Below are positions 30,788-39,994 of a stretch of DNA of 64,000 nucleotides, piece by piece. The DNA comes from Armatimonadota bacterium (GTDB lineage Bacteria; Armatimonadota; SYMT01). The notes below the pieces were generated by a model. It was not told where the DNA came from and did no database searches. It worked only from the letters and a program-made list of their open reading frames with translations. Position numbers and translations under genes: made by a program. Each line of letters opens with the position of its first letter. The stretch's first letter is position 1. The DNA is taken from NCBI GenBank assembly GCA_041690135.1, contig JAWLHY010000004.1, positions 160,001 to 224,000 on the forward strand, in the 5' to 3' direction.

Positions 30788-31840
30788 TTACAGAAGTCCC
30801 GCTTCTCGCAGCAGCCGCTGCAACACCGGCTCGATCTGCCGCCGCAGTGTCTCGTTGGCGTAGGCGATCCACCCTACGTTATGGTGGACATCCAGCGGCG
30901 CGTCCAGCGGCCCACCCAGCGCATCGGTAACGATCACGCCCGCTTCTCGCGCGATCAGTTCGGTGCAAAGGTCGTAGGGATGGGCGCAGAGCCGCGCCAC
31001 CCCTTCCCCGGCGCAGGCACGCGGCAGGATCAGCGGACGCAGGTCCGCCACGAACCGGTCGTGCCCCACCATCACCTCGTAGAGCTGCCCTCCGCTCGAG
31101 ATGTACTCGTCGTCGAACACCTGGGGCGTGCCGTCCACCGGTGGTCCCAGCAACTCGTGAAAGAGCGTCTCCTCAAGGCGGGCGGTGAGCTCCTTGCCGC
31201 CGGGGAAGAACTTGGCGATGGTCGCGAACCCGTGCCGCAGATCCGTGGCCCCACTGGGGCAGATCGCCGCCGACCCCACCGGCTGCGGAACGTCGGTCGT
31301 GAGGTCGTAGGTCGTTCCGCGGGCGCCCTGTCCGGCAATGGCGGTGCACTGGTCGGCGTAGCGGGCGCGGGTGGTGGGCACCTCGGTCATGGCGGACCAG
31401 CGGATATCTCGGAGACCGGTCGCCTCGCCGCGCTCGGGCGCCACTCCGGACAGGATCCAGGCACTCCGCTTGTTGTACATCAACCCCCGGGTACCGTCGA
31501 TCGGGTCGACGATCAGCCGAAACCGGGCGGAAGCGCGGGCGGCGCCGGCGGGGAACATTCGCTCCCCGCTCTCCGTGATGCCTTCCGCGATCAGCAGGAA
31601 AGGGGCCTCCCGCGACCACTCCTCACAGAACTCGACCAGGATCTCCTCGCCCTTCTGGTCGATCCGATAGATGACATCCCCGCCCCGTACTTCGGTAACT
31701 GCCGCGCGTTCCTCGGCGGTGGTCCGCAGCATCTGCTCGCGCAGGCCGCGGAGCATCCGCCCGTGCAGCTCGGTCAGGGCGGGGATTACGCCCCAGGGGT
31801 CGTCCGGGTTGGACGGTCCAGGTCGAGGGCCCCCCGTCAT
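30788..31840 (-). CDS. Inositol monophosphatase/FBPase superfamily protein
   Basis: IAEG, IVDPIDGT and HPYD motifs. TGATG overlap with the upstream gene. Confidence 0.8.
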   Translation of the reverse strand: MTGGPRPGPSNPDDPWGVIPALTELHGRMLRGLREQMLRTTAEERAAVTEVRGGDVIYRIDQKGEEILVEFCEEWSREAPFLLIAEGITESGERMFPAGAARASARFRLIVDPIDGTRGLMYNKRSAWILSGVAPERGEATGLRDIRWSAMTEVPTTRARYADQCTAIAGQGARGTTYDLTTDVPQPVGSAAICPSGATDLRHGFATIAKFFPGGKELTARLEETLFHELLGPPVDGTPQVFDDEYISSGGQLYEVMVGHDRFVADLRPLILPRACAGEGVARLCAHPYDLCTELIAREAGVIVTDALGGPLDAPLDVHHNVGWIAYANETLRRQIEPVLQRLLREAGLL

Positions 31841-32748
31841 CAAGCAGTGCCGCCCTGCACCACCGGATTGCGGAGGGTGCCGATCCCCTCCACGGTGATG
31901 CTCACGTTATCCCCCGCTTCCAGGGTGAAGTCGTCGCCCGGCACCAGGCCCGTACCTGTCAGCAGGAAGGCGCCGTGCGGGAAAACGTTGTCGCGGCCCA
32001 GCCAGTCCACGAGGTCGCGGAAGTGCCGCTTCATCTGGCCCGTGGAAGTCTCGCCGGAGAAGACCGTAGCGCCGCCGCGCTCGATCTCCAGGCGGATGCT
32101 TAGCGGCACGTGGTCCGGCTGCTCCGATTCGAGCAAAATGACCGGACCCAGCCCGCAACACTGGCGGTAAACCTTGGCCTGCGGGAGGTAGAGCGGGTTT
32201 TCGCCCTCGATGTCCCGGCTGCTCATGTCGTTGCCGATGGTGTAGCCGACGATGCGCATGGACGGGGAGATGAGCAGCGCTACCTCAGGCTCCGGCACGT
32301 TCCACGTGGCGTCGCGCCGGATCCGCACGGGGGCGTTCGGGCCGGAGACGCGCCAGGGAGTCGCCTTCAGGAACAGTTCAGGGCGATCGGCGTCATACAC
32401 CTGATCGTAGAAGCGAGCGCCGCCTTCCGACTCTTCCATCCGCGCGACTTTGCTGCGGAGATAGGTGACGCCGGCGGCCCACACTTCCTGGAGGTCCAGG
32501 GGCGCCAGCAGGTGCGGCACGTTGGGATCGACCGGCGCGGCCAGCAGCTCGTCGAGGGCAATGCCCGGCTTCCGCGAGCACTCCCGGTAAGCCTCGCGCA
32601 GCGCCAGCGCCGGGTCCGGCCACTGCAGCAGGCTCGCCAGGAAAGCGCCGCCGCTGCCGTTATCCGGCGCCAGGGGATGGACCTGCTCGAACTCCATCAG
32701 CCCCCACAGCCCGCCCGTTCCGGGAAGATGGTAATGGACAAGTTTCAT
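31840..32748 (-). CDS. Fumarylacetoacetate hydrolase family protein (2-keto-3-deoxy-pentonate dehydratase-like)
   Basis: QEVWAAGVTY, RPELFLK, WNVPEPE, GNDMSSRDIEGENPLYLPQAK and LTGTG. Confidence 0.9.
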   Translation of the reverse strand: MKLVHYHLPGTGGLWGLMEFEQVHPLAPDNGSGGAFLASLLQWPDPALALREAYRECSRKPGIALDELLAAPVDPNVPHLLAPLDLQEVWAAGVTYLRSKVARMEESEGGARFYDQVYDADRPELFLKATPWRVSGPNAPVRIRRDATWNVPEPEVALLISPSMRIVGYTIGNDMSSRDIEGENPLYLPQAKVYRQCCGLGPVILLESEQPDHVPLSIRLEIERGGATVFSGETSTGQMKRHFRDLVDWLGRDNVFPHGAFLLTGTGLVPGDDFTLEAGDNVSITVEGIGTLRNPVVQGGTA

Positions 32749-33265
32749 GGTGCGTGTGCTTACCCGGGGATCCGACCGGGCCTCCGGGTAATTCTACTCC
32801 GTACCCCACGGAGCGAACGGTGGGTAAGTTTGGAAGTAGGGAAGATGTGAGGCCCGAGTGATCCCCGACCAGCACCCTGCCCTCGCACCCGTACTGCACC
32901 ACGCGCCGTAATCTCGGATCCCAACTGGAGCCGCCGTGTTGGTGCTGATCCCGTCGTGCACCATGTGTCGCCGTCCCGTCCGCCTCCCGCTGGCGCTGCA
33001 CGGTTGGCCAACGGGTGCGTAAACACGCTCTGGGGAAGGGACTGCGACCATTCCCCTACCTTCACCAGGCCGTCTTCATGGTGGGCCGACAGGTGCAGCA
33101 TCCAGTGCGGCTCTGGATGCGAGGTACCCTTCCTTGCCTACCCGGATTCCGCACGAACGTGGGCAGGGTCGGTGTCTCGCCCTTCCCCTCTTCTTCCGCG
33201 TACTTCGGGTGCCCCTTGGGCGATGTTCCGCGGGCAAAAACGGTTCCGCAATTCCGCGGTCTTGT

Positions 33266-34861
33266 TCAATTCCCCTCCGGTTCGCCCTTCCCTGCCTCGG
33301 CCGTAACCTCTCCCGGCACGATCTCCTGGAAGTAGATGCCGCCCAGGCGGAACGGCGCCAGGCCGGGATCGAAGTTCTCGAGGGTCAAGGAGATACTCTT
33401 GACGGCGGAAGTGAGAACCGGTCGCGTGAGAATGTCCGTGTCATTGACCGCCACCACCAGGTTCTTCCCGTCCCGCTTCAGGGTCAGCTTGAAGCCCTGG
33501 CGGAAAGCCGGGCTCCCAGCCGGAAGCTGTTTGCCGTCGATCAGGCGCACCTTCCCGCCTTTCGGACGGCCCTGCAGCGTCACCCAGGGGCCGCCACTGT
33601 AGATGAGATTGCCCCGGTAGAGCGCGCCGTCTTCCAGCTCCACCGTGATCCCCACTCCCTGGCGGCGCGGCGTCCAGGCGCTCCAGGGCAGCACGTTCAC
33701 GCTGGTCAAAAAGTCGTTACCGCCCGGCTGGGCGAGCGATACCGATACCGGCGAGCGCTCCCGCTCGATCTTGAACAGCTTGGCGGAGTGAACCTTCCGC
33801 GGGGGCGCCAGCACCTTGCCGACCACGGGCGGCGCCGGCTCGGCGGTTACGGGTGTGGGCGCCGGCTCCGGAAGCGGCTTCACCTTCACCGTGGCGGGAG
33901 GCGCGGGCGTCGGTTTCGCAGCCACCACCGGAGCGGGAGCATACCAGGCGGTCCCGAAGATCACCTGGCCCTGGCTCGTAGGGTTCCAGATCGGCCGCAC
34001 CCCCGTGCCGTCCGTCTTCATCACGCAAAGACGTGACGATCCGCTGCTCCCGGAAGCCGGGTCGGGCCCCATCCGGAACAGGATCTCGCGGCCGTCGGGA
34101 GACCACGACCCGAAGCCGGCATTCCGCACGTTCTCCCCCTCCGGAAGCCGCTTTGTTTCCGGGCTATTCAGGTTCAGGACATGCAACTCGGTTCCGGACG
34201 GGCTTGAGGTGGTGAAAAGCAAGCTCCGGCCGTCGGGAGACCACTCCAGCGACTGGATCTGGCCGAAGTTCTCGGGTAGGGTATGCCGGAAATTGGCCTG
34301 CGCGCTGCCGGAGGGCACCACCTGGATCTGCCAGCGATCCTTCCCGCCCTCGATGTGGGGAACCACCGCGGCGAGCCGCTTCTCGTCCGGCGACCATCGC
34401 CCGATCTGCCCCTTCGCGATCGGCTTCAGGCTTTCTTCGTTCTCACTGCCGTCGGCGCGGGCCACGTAGAGGCCGTACTCGTTCAACCGCCGCCGGGAGA
34501 AGAGGACCCGCTTGCCATCCCGCGACCACTGGGGATAGCTTCCCACCCCCAGAACCCGCGGCTTCTCGTCACTCACGCCCTGCACCAGGACCTGGTCCAA
34601 CCCCAGGTCATTAGAGGAATGATAGGCCAACGAACGCCCATCCGGCGAGAAGTCGGGCGCCCGGTCACGTCCGACGCCGGGTGAAAGCGGCTGGAGGCCG
34701 GTGCCGTCCGGATTGGCCAGGTAGATGCGCGACGCGCGTCCCTCCGGCTGTACTTCGATGGCCACCGCCAGGCGCGCGGTGGCGGCATGGGCCGCGCCTC
34801 CGAGCAGCAGTGAAACCAACAGCCCGACGGACCCGATCCTGAGACTGGTACTACCTGACAT
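33266..34861 (-). CDS. Exported TolB-like (PD40/WD40 beta-propeller) protein with a Pro-rich linker and C-terminal beta domain
   Basis: Signal peptide and repeated (F/W)SPDG motifs. ATG at 34861 with an AGGAG RBS. Confidence 0.85.
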   Translation of the reverse strand: MSGSTSLRIGSVGLLVSLLLGGAAHAATARLAVAIEVQPEGRASRIYLANPDGTGLQPLSPGVGRDRAPDFSPDGRSLAYHSSNDLGLDQVLVQGVSDEKPRVLGVGSYPQWSRDGKRVLFSRRRLNEYGLYVARADGSENEESLKPIAKGQIGRWSPDEKRLAAVVPHIEGGKDRWQIQVVPSGSAQANFRHTLPENFGQIQSLEWSPDGRSLLFTTSSPSGTELHVLNLNSPETKRLPEGENVRNAGFGSWSPDGREILFRMGPDPASGSSGSSRLCVMKTDGTGVRPIWNPTSQGQVIFGTAWYAPAPVVAAKPTPAPPATVKVKPLPEPAPTPVTAEPAPPVVGKVLAPPRKVHSAKLFKIERERSPVSVSLAQPGGNDFLTSVNVLPWSAWTPRRQGVGITVELEDGALYRGNLIYSGGPWVTLQGRPKGGKVRLIDGKQLPAGSPAFRQGFKLTLKRDGKNLVVAVNDTDILTRPVLTSAVKSISLTLENFDPGLAPFRLGGIYFQEIVPGEVTAEAGKGEPEGN

Positions 34862-34930
34862 GGACCTTCTCCTACTCTTCCTTCCCACACGGGTCCCAAG
34901 GGTCCCAACGGACCACAACGGAACGCCCTC

Positions 34931-35162
34931 TAGTGGGTCACTTGTCCCACAAGCTCTGATTGTCCGCGCCCGCTCTACGCCGCGGCAGGACTGACACCTG
35001 GTGAACGGCATGAGCTTTGTCCTTGCACCTGCAGATGGAGGTTTACACCTCGGGTACCCACGAGTGGGTGTGGCGGAGGCTCCCCTACGGGCAGGCTCGT
35101 CCCCGCCGGGCCATGGACTTGCGCTCGTCTTGCCGTGTGGGATTCGGCCAATCCGGCGTATG
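34931..35162 (+). repeat. ~200-nt dispersed element, copy 2, with ~45 nt of extra internal sequence
   Basis: Colinear with 9277-9474. The extra sequence at ~35036-35097 contains the ACCCAC-TC-GTGGGTACCCG hairpin on the minus strand. Confidence 0.8.
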
Positions 35163-35449
35163 TCAACCCGCACGGCAACGGACTACCGACTAGGCGCCGC
35201 TCAACCCCAACCCACCCGACTCCCAAAGGCGCCTCTGGGTTCCGCAACTCTGAGATGTGAATGCGTCATGAAGAGCGAGGTTACCCTCGGCTCAACCTTG
35301 AACTCTACCCACAACCGCTCCCTTTTATGCCTGGAGCCGTACAGCACCGTGCACGTGCCCTACAATATCATACACACTGCGGATATCCAAACCACACCGC
35401 GCGACAGATCGTCCTGCCATCCGGCGCCAAGAGCGCTAAAACTGATATC

Positions 35450-36850
35450 GTGACTCCCCGTTATTACGCCCTGGATTGCATTCCGACCCCGGATGGGCAG
35501 GTCCGCGTGGTGGACGTGCATGGAGGGGTGGGCGGTGGCCTGGCGACCCTGGCTGCCGCCTACGGAGGGGGCACGGCGGTACGGGCGCGCCTTAAGCCTT
35601 ACCTGGAGCGGCTGGGCGAAGTCGCGAAGGGCAAACGCATCCTTTTCATTCATGATGCGGTCTCCGCCCGCCAGCCGTTCCCGGACGATTTTTTCGAGTG
35701 GGTTCACCGGTACGCCGGTTATGGGCCGATCACCGATTGGGTTCCCGATCTCGAGTCCCACAACGGCCGCCAGCGCGATCCCGGCCGGGTGCCGGAAATC
35801 GATCAGATGGGAGCGTTTCTCGATCCCCTCGCCGGCCGGCTCAAGCTGAGGATCGGTTACTGCACCGTGGCACGGATCGATCGCCAGAACGGGCAACCGA
35901 TGGTGCTCCTCTCGGGCTATCGCGAACGCGCCCGGCGCCAGAGCACCTCCGTAATTCTCCCGCCGGAAGAAATCGGCGTGGCCGTATTCAGCGGCGCCAG
36001 CGAGCGCTTTCCCGACGACCTCCGCAGCCAAACCTGGTTTCCCGTGGTCAACCCGCCCCTGCTGGATCGGTTGCTGGAAAACAAGTGGCTGCTTTCCGCC
36101 CTGTTGGAAGGGTGTCCCGCCGAGCGCCTGCTGCCGCGCTGGCTTCCCATCGGGATGGGCTTGCGCACGGCCCAGGAGGTACGGGATTTCGCGGCAACTC
36201 TCCAGGCCCCGAACGGCTTCCCTCTCGCGGTGTTGAAACCCAGCCACACCAGCCTTTCCCCGGGCATCCGGTACCTGGACCGTACCGCCCTCAAGGCGCT
36301 GGCGGCCCGACAACCGGAAGAGCGCATTCCTGCGACGGCTCTCAAGGAGCTGCTCAATCCGCGCGTCTCCCACTCCTACGAGGAGCTGTCCGCCTACACG
36401 GGTAAGCAGATGGACAGTCTCCTGCGCACCCCCGGGGCGCGTGTGCACGACCACCGGGACGGCACCTTCCACTATTCGGCGCCTTACCCCTTCCTGGAGA
36501 CTACGGTCGCCGTCCTCCGCGAATACCTGGAATCGCAGCCGGTCCGCTCCCGCCGCACCGGCAAGTTCCACCGGGGTTCCCTGCGCGTGGTGATGCTCGG
36601 CAACGCCATCGTCGCCGCCGTCTACCGCCTCGACCAGGAGCCCGACGACGGCCGGTTCCGCGACCTCACCCGGCCGGACGTGCCGACCTTCGTCGAAGCC
36701 GCCGCTCCCGAAGACGAAGCCCATCTGCAGCAGCAGTTGACCCCCTTTGTCGAGGAGATCGACCGACAGTTCACCGCCCGCGTCCGCTCCCGCACCGACC
36801 TCACCCGTCTCCGCGACAACTGGCTGATGAGCCAGGCGGGAGTGGATTAG
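35450..36850 (+). CDS. Putative circularly permuted ATP-grasp-fold protein
   Basis: N-terminal YALDCIPTPDGQVRVVDVHG, then VVNP..LENKW, VLKPSHTSLSPGI, VLREYL and SLRVVM. GTG start chosen because TACAAT lies at 35361. Confidence 0.6.
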   Translation: MTPRYYALDCIPTPDGQVRVVDVHGGVGGGLATLAAAYGGGTAVRARLKPYLERLGEVAKGKRILFIHDAVSARQPFPDDFFEWVHRYAGYGPITDWVPDLESHNGRQRDPGRVPEIDQMGAFLDPLAGRLKLRIGYCTVARIDRQNGQPMVLLSGYRERARRQSTSVILPPEEIGVAVFSGASERFPDDLRSQTWFPVVNPPLLDRLLENKWLLSALLEGCPAERLLPRWLPIGMGLRTAQEVRDFAATLQAPNGFPLAVLKPSHTSLSPGIRYLDRTALKALAARQPEERIPATALKELLNPRVSHSYEELSAYTGKQMDSLLRTPGARVHDHRDGTFHYSAPYPFLETTVAVLREYLESQPVRSRRTGKFHRGSLRVVMLGNAIVAAVYRLDQEPDDGRFRDLTRPDVPTFVEAAAPEDEAHLQQQLTPFVEEIDRQFTARVRSRTDLTRLRDNWLMSQAGVD

Positions 36851-36925
36851 GATGAGGACGAAGATAAGGATAAGGATAAAGACCGAACGGGATGAGGGAT
36901 GAGGGATGAGGGATGAGGGATGAAG
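36849..36925 (+). repeat. Short tandem repeats (GATAAG)n and (GGGATGA)x5
   Basis: Visible directly after the stop codon. Confidence 0.85.
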
Positions 36926-37057
36926 GCCCGATCCGTCCGATCCCGACTGCTCCGTCCGATACCCGAACATTCCCCCCAAAGAGGTGTCCGAATACCCGCA
37001 CACCCTCCTGCCTCAAGCGGTTCGGAATACGCATTACGCACTACGAAGTACTACCCA

Positions 37058-37702
37058 ATGCCCAACCTAGATTCCATCTCCGAAAAAGTCCGGGCGCACC
37101 TGGATGCCCGCAACGCCGCCCGGGAACGGGCGCTGCCCCTTTCCCGGGAGATCATCCGCACCTGTGCCAACACGATCCGCGCTTCCCATCGCGGCGAACT
37201 GGACCGGGCGCGGGAAATGCTCCGCGGCGCGCGAGAAGCTGTGGAGCAGTTGAACCGGCTCCTGGCGGACCATCCGGAAATCTACAGCGCCGGCTACGTG
37301 CACGACTGCCAGAAGGAGTTTGCGGAGGCTACCGCCTTCGTGGCGGTGGTCGGCGGCCAGGAACTGCCCGACCCGGATGAAGTGGGGGTGGAGTATCCGG
37401 CCTACCTCAACGGGCTGGGAGAAGCCATTGGGGAGATGCGGCGTCACTGCCTGGACATCATGCGCCAGGGCCGGCTTGCCGAGGCCGAAGCGCTCCTGGG
37501 GACCATGGACGATATCTATTACATGCTGGTGACCATGGACTATCCCGACGCCCTCACCGGAGGATTACGCCGCACGACAGACGCCGTGCGCGGTATTATT
37601 GAGAAGACCCGCGGAGAGTTGACCACGGCCCTGCGCCAGGACGAGCTCCGCGATGCGCTCCAGCGCGCGCTGGATGCCCTGCGTCCCGAGGCCCAACCGT
37701 GA
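37058..37702 (+). CDS. Translin/TRAX family protein
   Basis: ARE.AL.LSRE.IR, QKEFAEA, YLNGLGEAIGEMRR and GLRR..D..RG motifs. Confidence 0.85.
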   Translation: MPNLDSISEKVRAHLDARNAARERALPLSREIIRTCANTIRASHRGELDRAREMLRGAREAVEQLNRLLADHPEIYSAGYVHDCQKEFAEATAFVAVVGGQELPDPDEVGVEYPAYLNGLGEAIGEMRRHCLDIMRQGRLAEAEALLGTMDDIYYMLVTMDYPDALTGGLRRTTDAVRGIIEKTRGELTTALRQDELRDALQRALDALRPEAQP

Positions 37703-38187
37703 GCAAAAGCACCGAGATTGAGACCCTGGCCCGCCTCTTCGACCTGGCGGCCCGCTATAACCTGGAAGAATTGGAAGTCGAAGAAGGCGGCTTGAAAGTC
37801 ACGCTTCGCGCCGAGGTTCCCACCGAGGACGAGCTTGCGGAAGACTCCGGTGCGCTTCCGCGAATCTGGCGCATACCCAGAACGGGCCTGGAGCGCTGGG
37901 AACCGGTCGCCCCCGGCGAGAACGCCCGGAGCGAAACGGCGGTCCCGCTCGTGGCACCGCTCACGGGCATTTTCTATCGCTCCGAAAAACCGGAACTGCC
38001 TCCGTTCGTCGAGGTGGGCGATACCGTGGAAGAAGGGCAACACATCGGCCTCATCGAGGCGATGAAGGTCTACACGCCGATCCCCGCCGAGTGCGCGGGC
38101 ACCGTGGTGGAGATCACCGCGCAAAACGGCCGGTTGATCGAACACGGGGATCCTCTCCTGTACATCGAACCGTCGACCCCTGCCTGA
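37699..38187 (+). CDS. accB: Biotin carboxyl carrier protein (AccB-like)
   Basis: APLTGIFYR, PFVEVGD and IEAMK biotinylation motif. GTGA overlap with translin. Confidence 0.85.
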   Translation: MSKSTEIETLARLFDLAARYNLEELEVEEGGLKVTLRAEVPTEDELAEDSGALPRIWRIPRTGLERWEPVAPGENARSETAVPLVAPLTGIFYRSEKPELPPFVEVGDTVEEGQHIGLIEAMKVYTPIPAECAGTVVEITAQNGRLIEHGDPLLYIEPSTPA

Positions 38188-38382
38188 CCCTTCGGTTGAC
38201 GGTATGGCGCGCCGGTGCTAAGATGGAGCGCCTGCACTGTACGTATCCCCCACCTAACCCCGTCAGGACCCTTCCGCTGCATTTCCCACGCGGTTACCGG
38301 TTGTCTACATTCGGCTAAGCGACGCGGCTTACCGAGAATCGAGGCAGGAGGGAACCGCGTTGAAGAGAGGCCTGGAGCCTTT

Positions 38383-39384
38383 ATGAATTCGGACCGTTTG
38401 GGTGCGCTGCTGGCCCGCTTCAAGGGAAAACGCGTCCTCGTCATCGGCGATTGCATGCTGGACGAATACGTCTGGGGCCAGGTCAACCGGATCTCCCCGG
38501 AGGCCCCGGTCGCGGTGGTCGAGCAGACGGAGACAACGTATGCGGCGGGCGGCGCCAGCAATGTGGCGGTCAATGTGGTGGCGATGGAAGGGATCGCTTC
38601 CATCATCAGCGTGGTCGGCGACGATGCGATGGGCTGCCAACTCCGAGAAGAGTTGGAACGGAGCGGCGTCCGGCACGAGGGCCTGGTAGTCCGGCCGGAC
38701 CGTCCCACCACCGTCAAAACTCGCATCATGTCCCAGAGCCACCAACTGCTCCGGGTCGATCGAGAGTTGCGGACCCCCATCTCCGACGACATCGCCGCCC
38801 AACTGGTCGCTCGCGTCCAGGAGGAGCTCCCCGCCGCGGACGCCGTGCTGCTTTCCGACTACCATAAAGGGGTGCTGACGGAGACGGTCATCGCGGAGGT
38901 AGTCTCGCTGGCCCGCAAGCAGGGCAAGCCGGTCACGGCCAACCCCAAGCCTGCGAATACCGTGCTCTACCGTGGGGTCGGCTTGATCTCACTCAACCGT
39001 TCCGAAGCGGAGGCGGTCACCCGCGTCAGCCTGGCGGAACTTGCCGGGGTGGAGCAGGCAGGACAGGCACTCCTGCACCTCTGCGCTTCCGAAGCGGCCA
39101 TCATCACGCTCGGCGGCCGGGGTCTGGCCCTTTTCGAAGCCGGACAGCCGGGCCGGCATCTACCGGTGGTGCCGCTGGAAGTCTTCGACCCGTGCGGGTG
39201 TGGGGACAGCGCCATTGCCGCCGCCACGCTAGCACGCGCCGCCGGGGCCGATTGGGTGGATGCCGCCACCCTGGCCAACCTGGCGGGCAATGCGAAAGTC
39301 CGCAAGCTGGGAGTCGTCCCGGTCAACCGCAAGGAAATCGAGCAGGTGTACCGCCTCGGCAACGGCGGCGCCAAGGGGCATTGA
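38383..39384 (+). CDS. rfaE1: D-glycero-beta-D-manno-heptose-7-phosphate kinase (RfaE/HldE domain I, PfkB family)
   Basis: VIGDCMLDEY.WG...RISPEAPV, GGASNVA, TTVKTR, SDYHKG and DPCGCGD. Confidence 0.88.
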   Translation: MNSDRLGALLARFKGKRVLVIGDCMLDEYVWGQVNRISPEAPVAVVEQTETTYAAGGASNVAVNVVAMEGIASIISVVGDDAMGCQLREELERSGVRHEGLVVRPDRPTTVKTRIMSQSHQLLRVDRELRTPISDDIAAQLVARVQEELPAADAVLLSDYHKGVLTETVIAEVVSLARKQGKPVTANPKPANTVLYRGVGLISLNRSEAEAVTRVSLAELAGVEQAGQALLHLCASEAAIITLGGRGLALFEAGQPGRHLPVVPLEVFDPCGCGDSAIAAATLARAAGADWVDAATLANLAGNAKVRKLGVVPVNRKEIEQVYRLGNGGAKGH

Positions 39385-39388
39385 GGCT

Positions 39389-39994
39389 ATGGAGAAGATC
39401 GCGTTTTACCTGAAGGATGTCAGCAGTCTCATTGCCGAGCTGCCCGTGGCCCAACTCCAGGGGCTCGTTAACCGGCTCCTCGCCGCCTACGACGAGGACC
39501 GCCAGGTCTTTTTACTAGGCAACGGCGGCAGCGCCTCGACCTGCTCGCACATGGTCAACGATTTCCAGAAGTGCATCTATCTGGCGGGCCAGAAGACCTT
39601 CCGGTGCATGTCGCTGACCGACAACGTGGCGCTGATCACGGCCTGGGCCAATGACACGTCCTACGAGCGGGTCTTCGCCGAGCAACTCCGGCCCTGGGTC
39701 CGGCCCGGTGACCTGGTCATCTGTGTGAGCGGCAGCGGTAACTCCCCCAACGTGCTCCGCGCCGCGGAATTGGCCCGGGAGGCCGGGGCCTACACCGTGG
39801 GCCTCACCGGTTATGCCGGCGGGAAGCTGGCTCCGCTCGTCGACGAGAGCCTCATCGTGCCCTGCGACAACATGCAGCGGATCGAAGACGTACACATGGT
39901 GATCCTGCACCTCCTCTTCTGGCGGATGCTGCAGGAAGTGGAGGAGCGGGCGCAGGCCGGAAGCGAACCCGATGGAGCCGAGGTGCGTGCATGA
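39389..39994 (+). CDS. gmhA: Phosphoheptose isomerase-like SIS protein
   Basis: GNGGSAS...H, TAWAND..Y..VF, SGSGNSPNV and IEDVH. Confidence 0.85.
   Translation: MEKIAFYLKDVSSLIAELPVAQLQGLVNRLLAAYDEDRQVFLLGNGGSASTCSHMVNDFQKCIYLAGQKTFRCMSLTDNVALITAWANDTSYERVFAEQLRPWVRPGDLVICVSGSGNSPNVLRAAELAREAGAYTVGLTGYAGGKLAPLVDESLIVPCDNMQRIEDVHMVILHLLFWRMLQEVEERAQAGSEPDGAEVRA

Noticed and set aside
32850-33150. Possible gene remnant between the FAH gene and the TolB-like gene
   Set aside because: Short frames with no recognisable motif, so no call can be supported.
34990-35160. c-di-AMP or c-di-GMP riboswitch upstream of the TolB-like gene
   Set aside because: Conserved cores are absent, and the sequence is part of the dispersed repeat also found between convergent genes at 9277.
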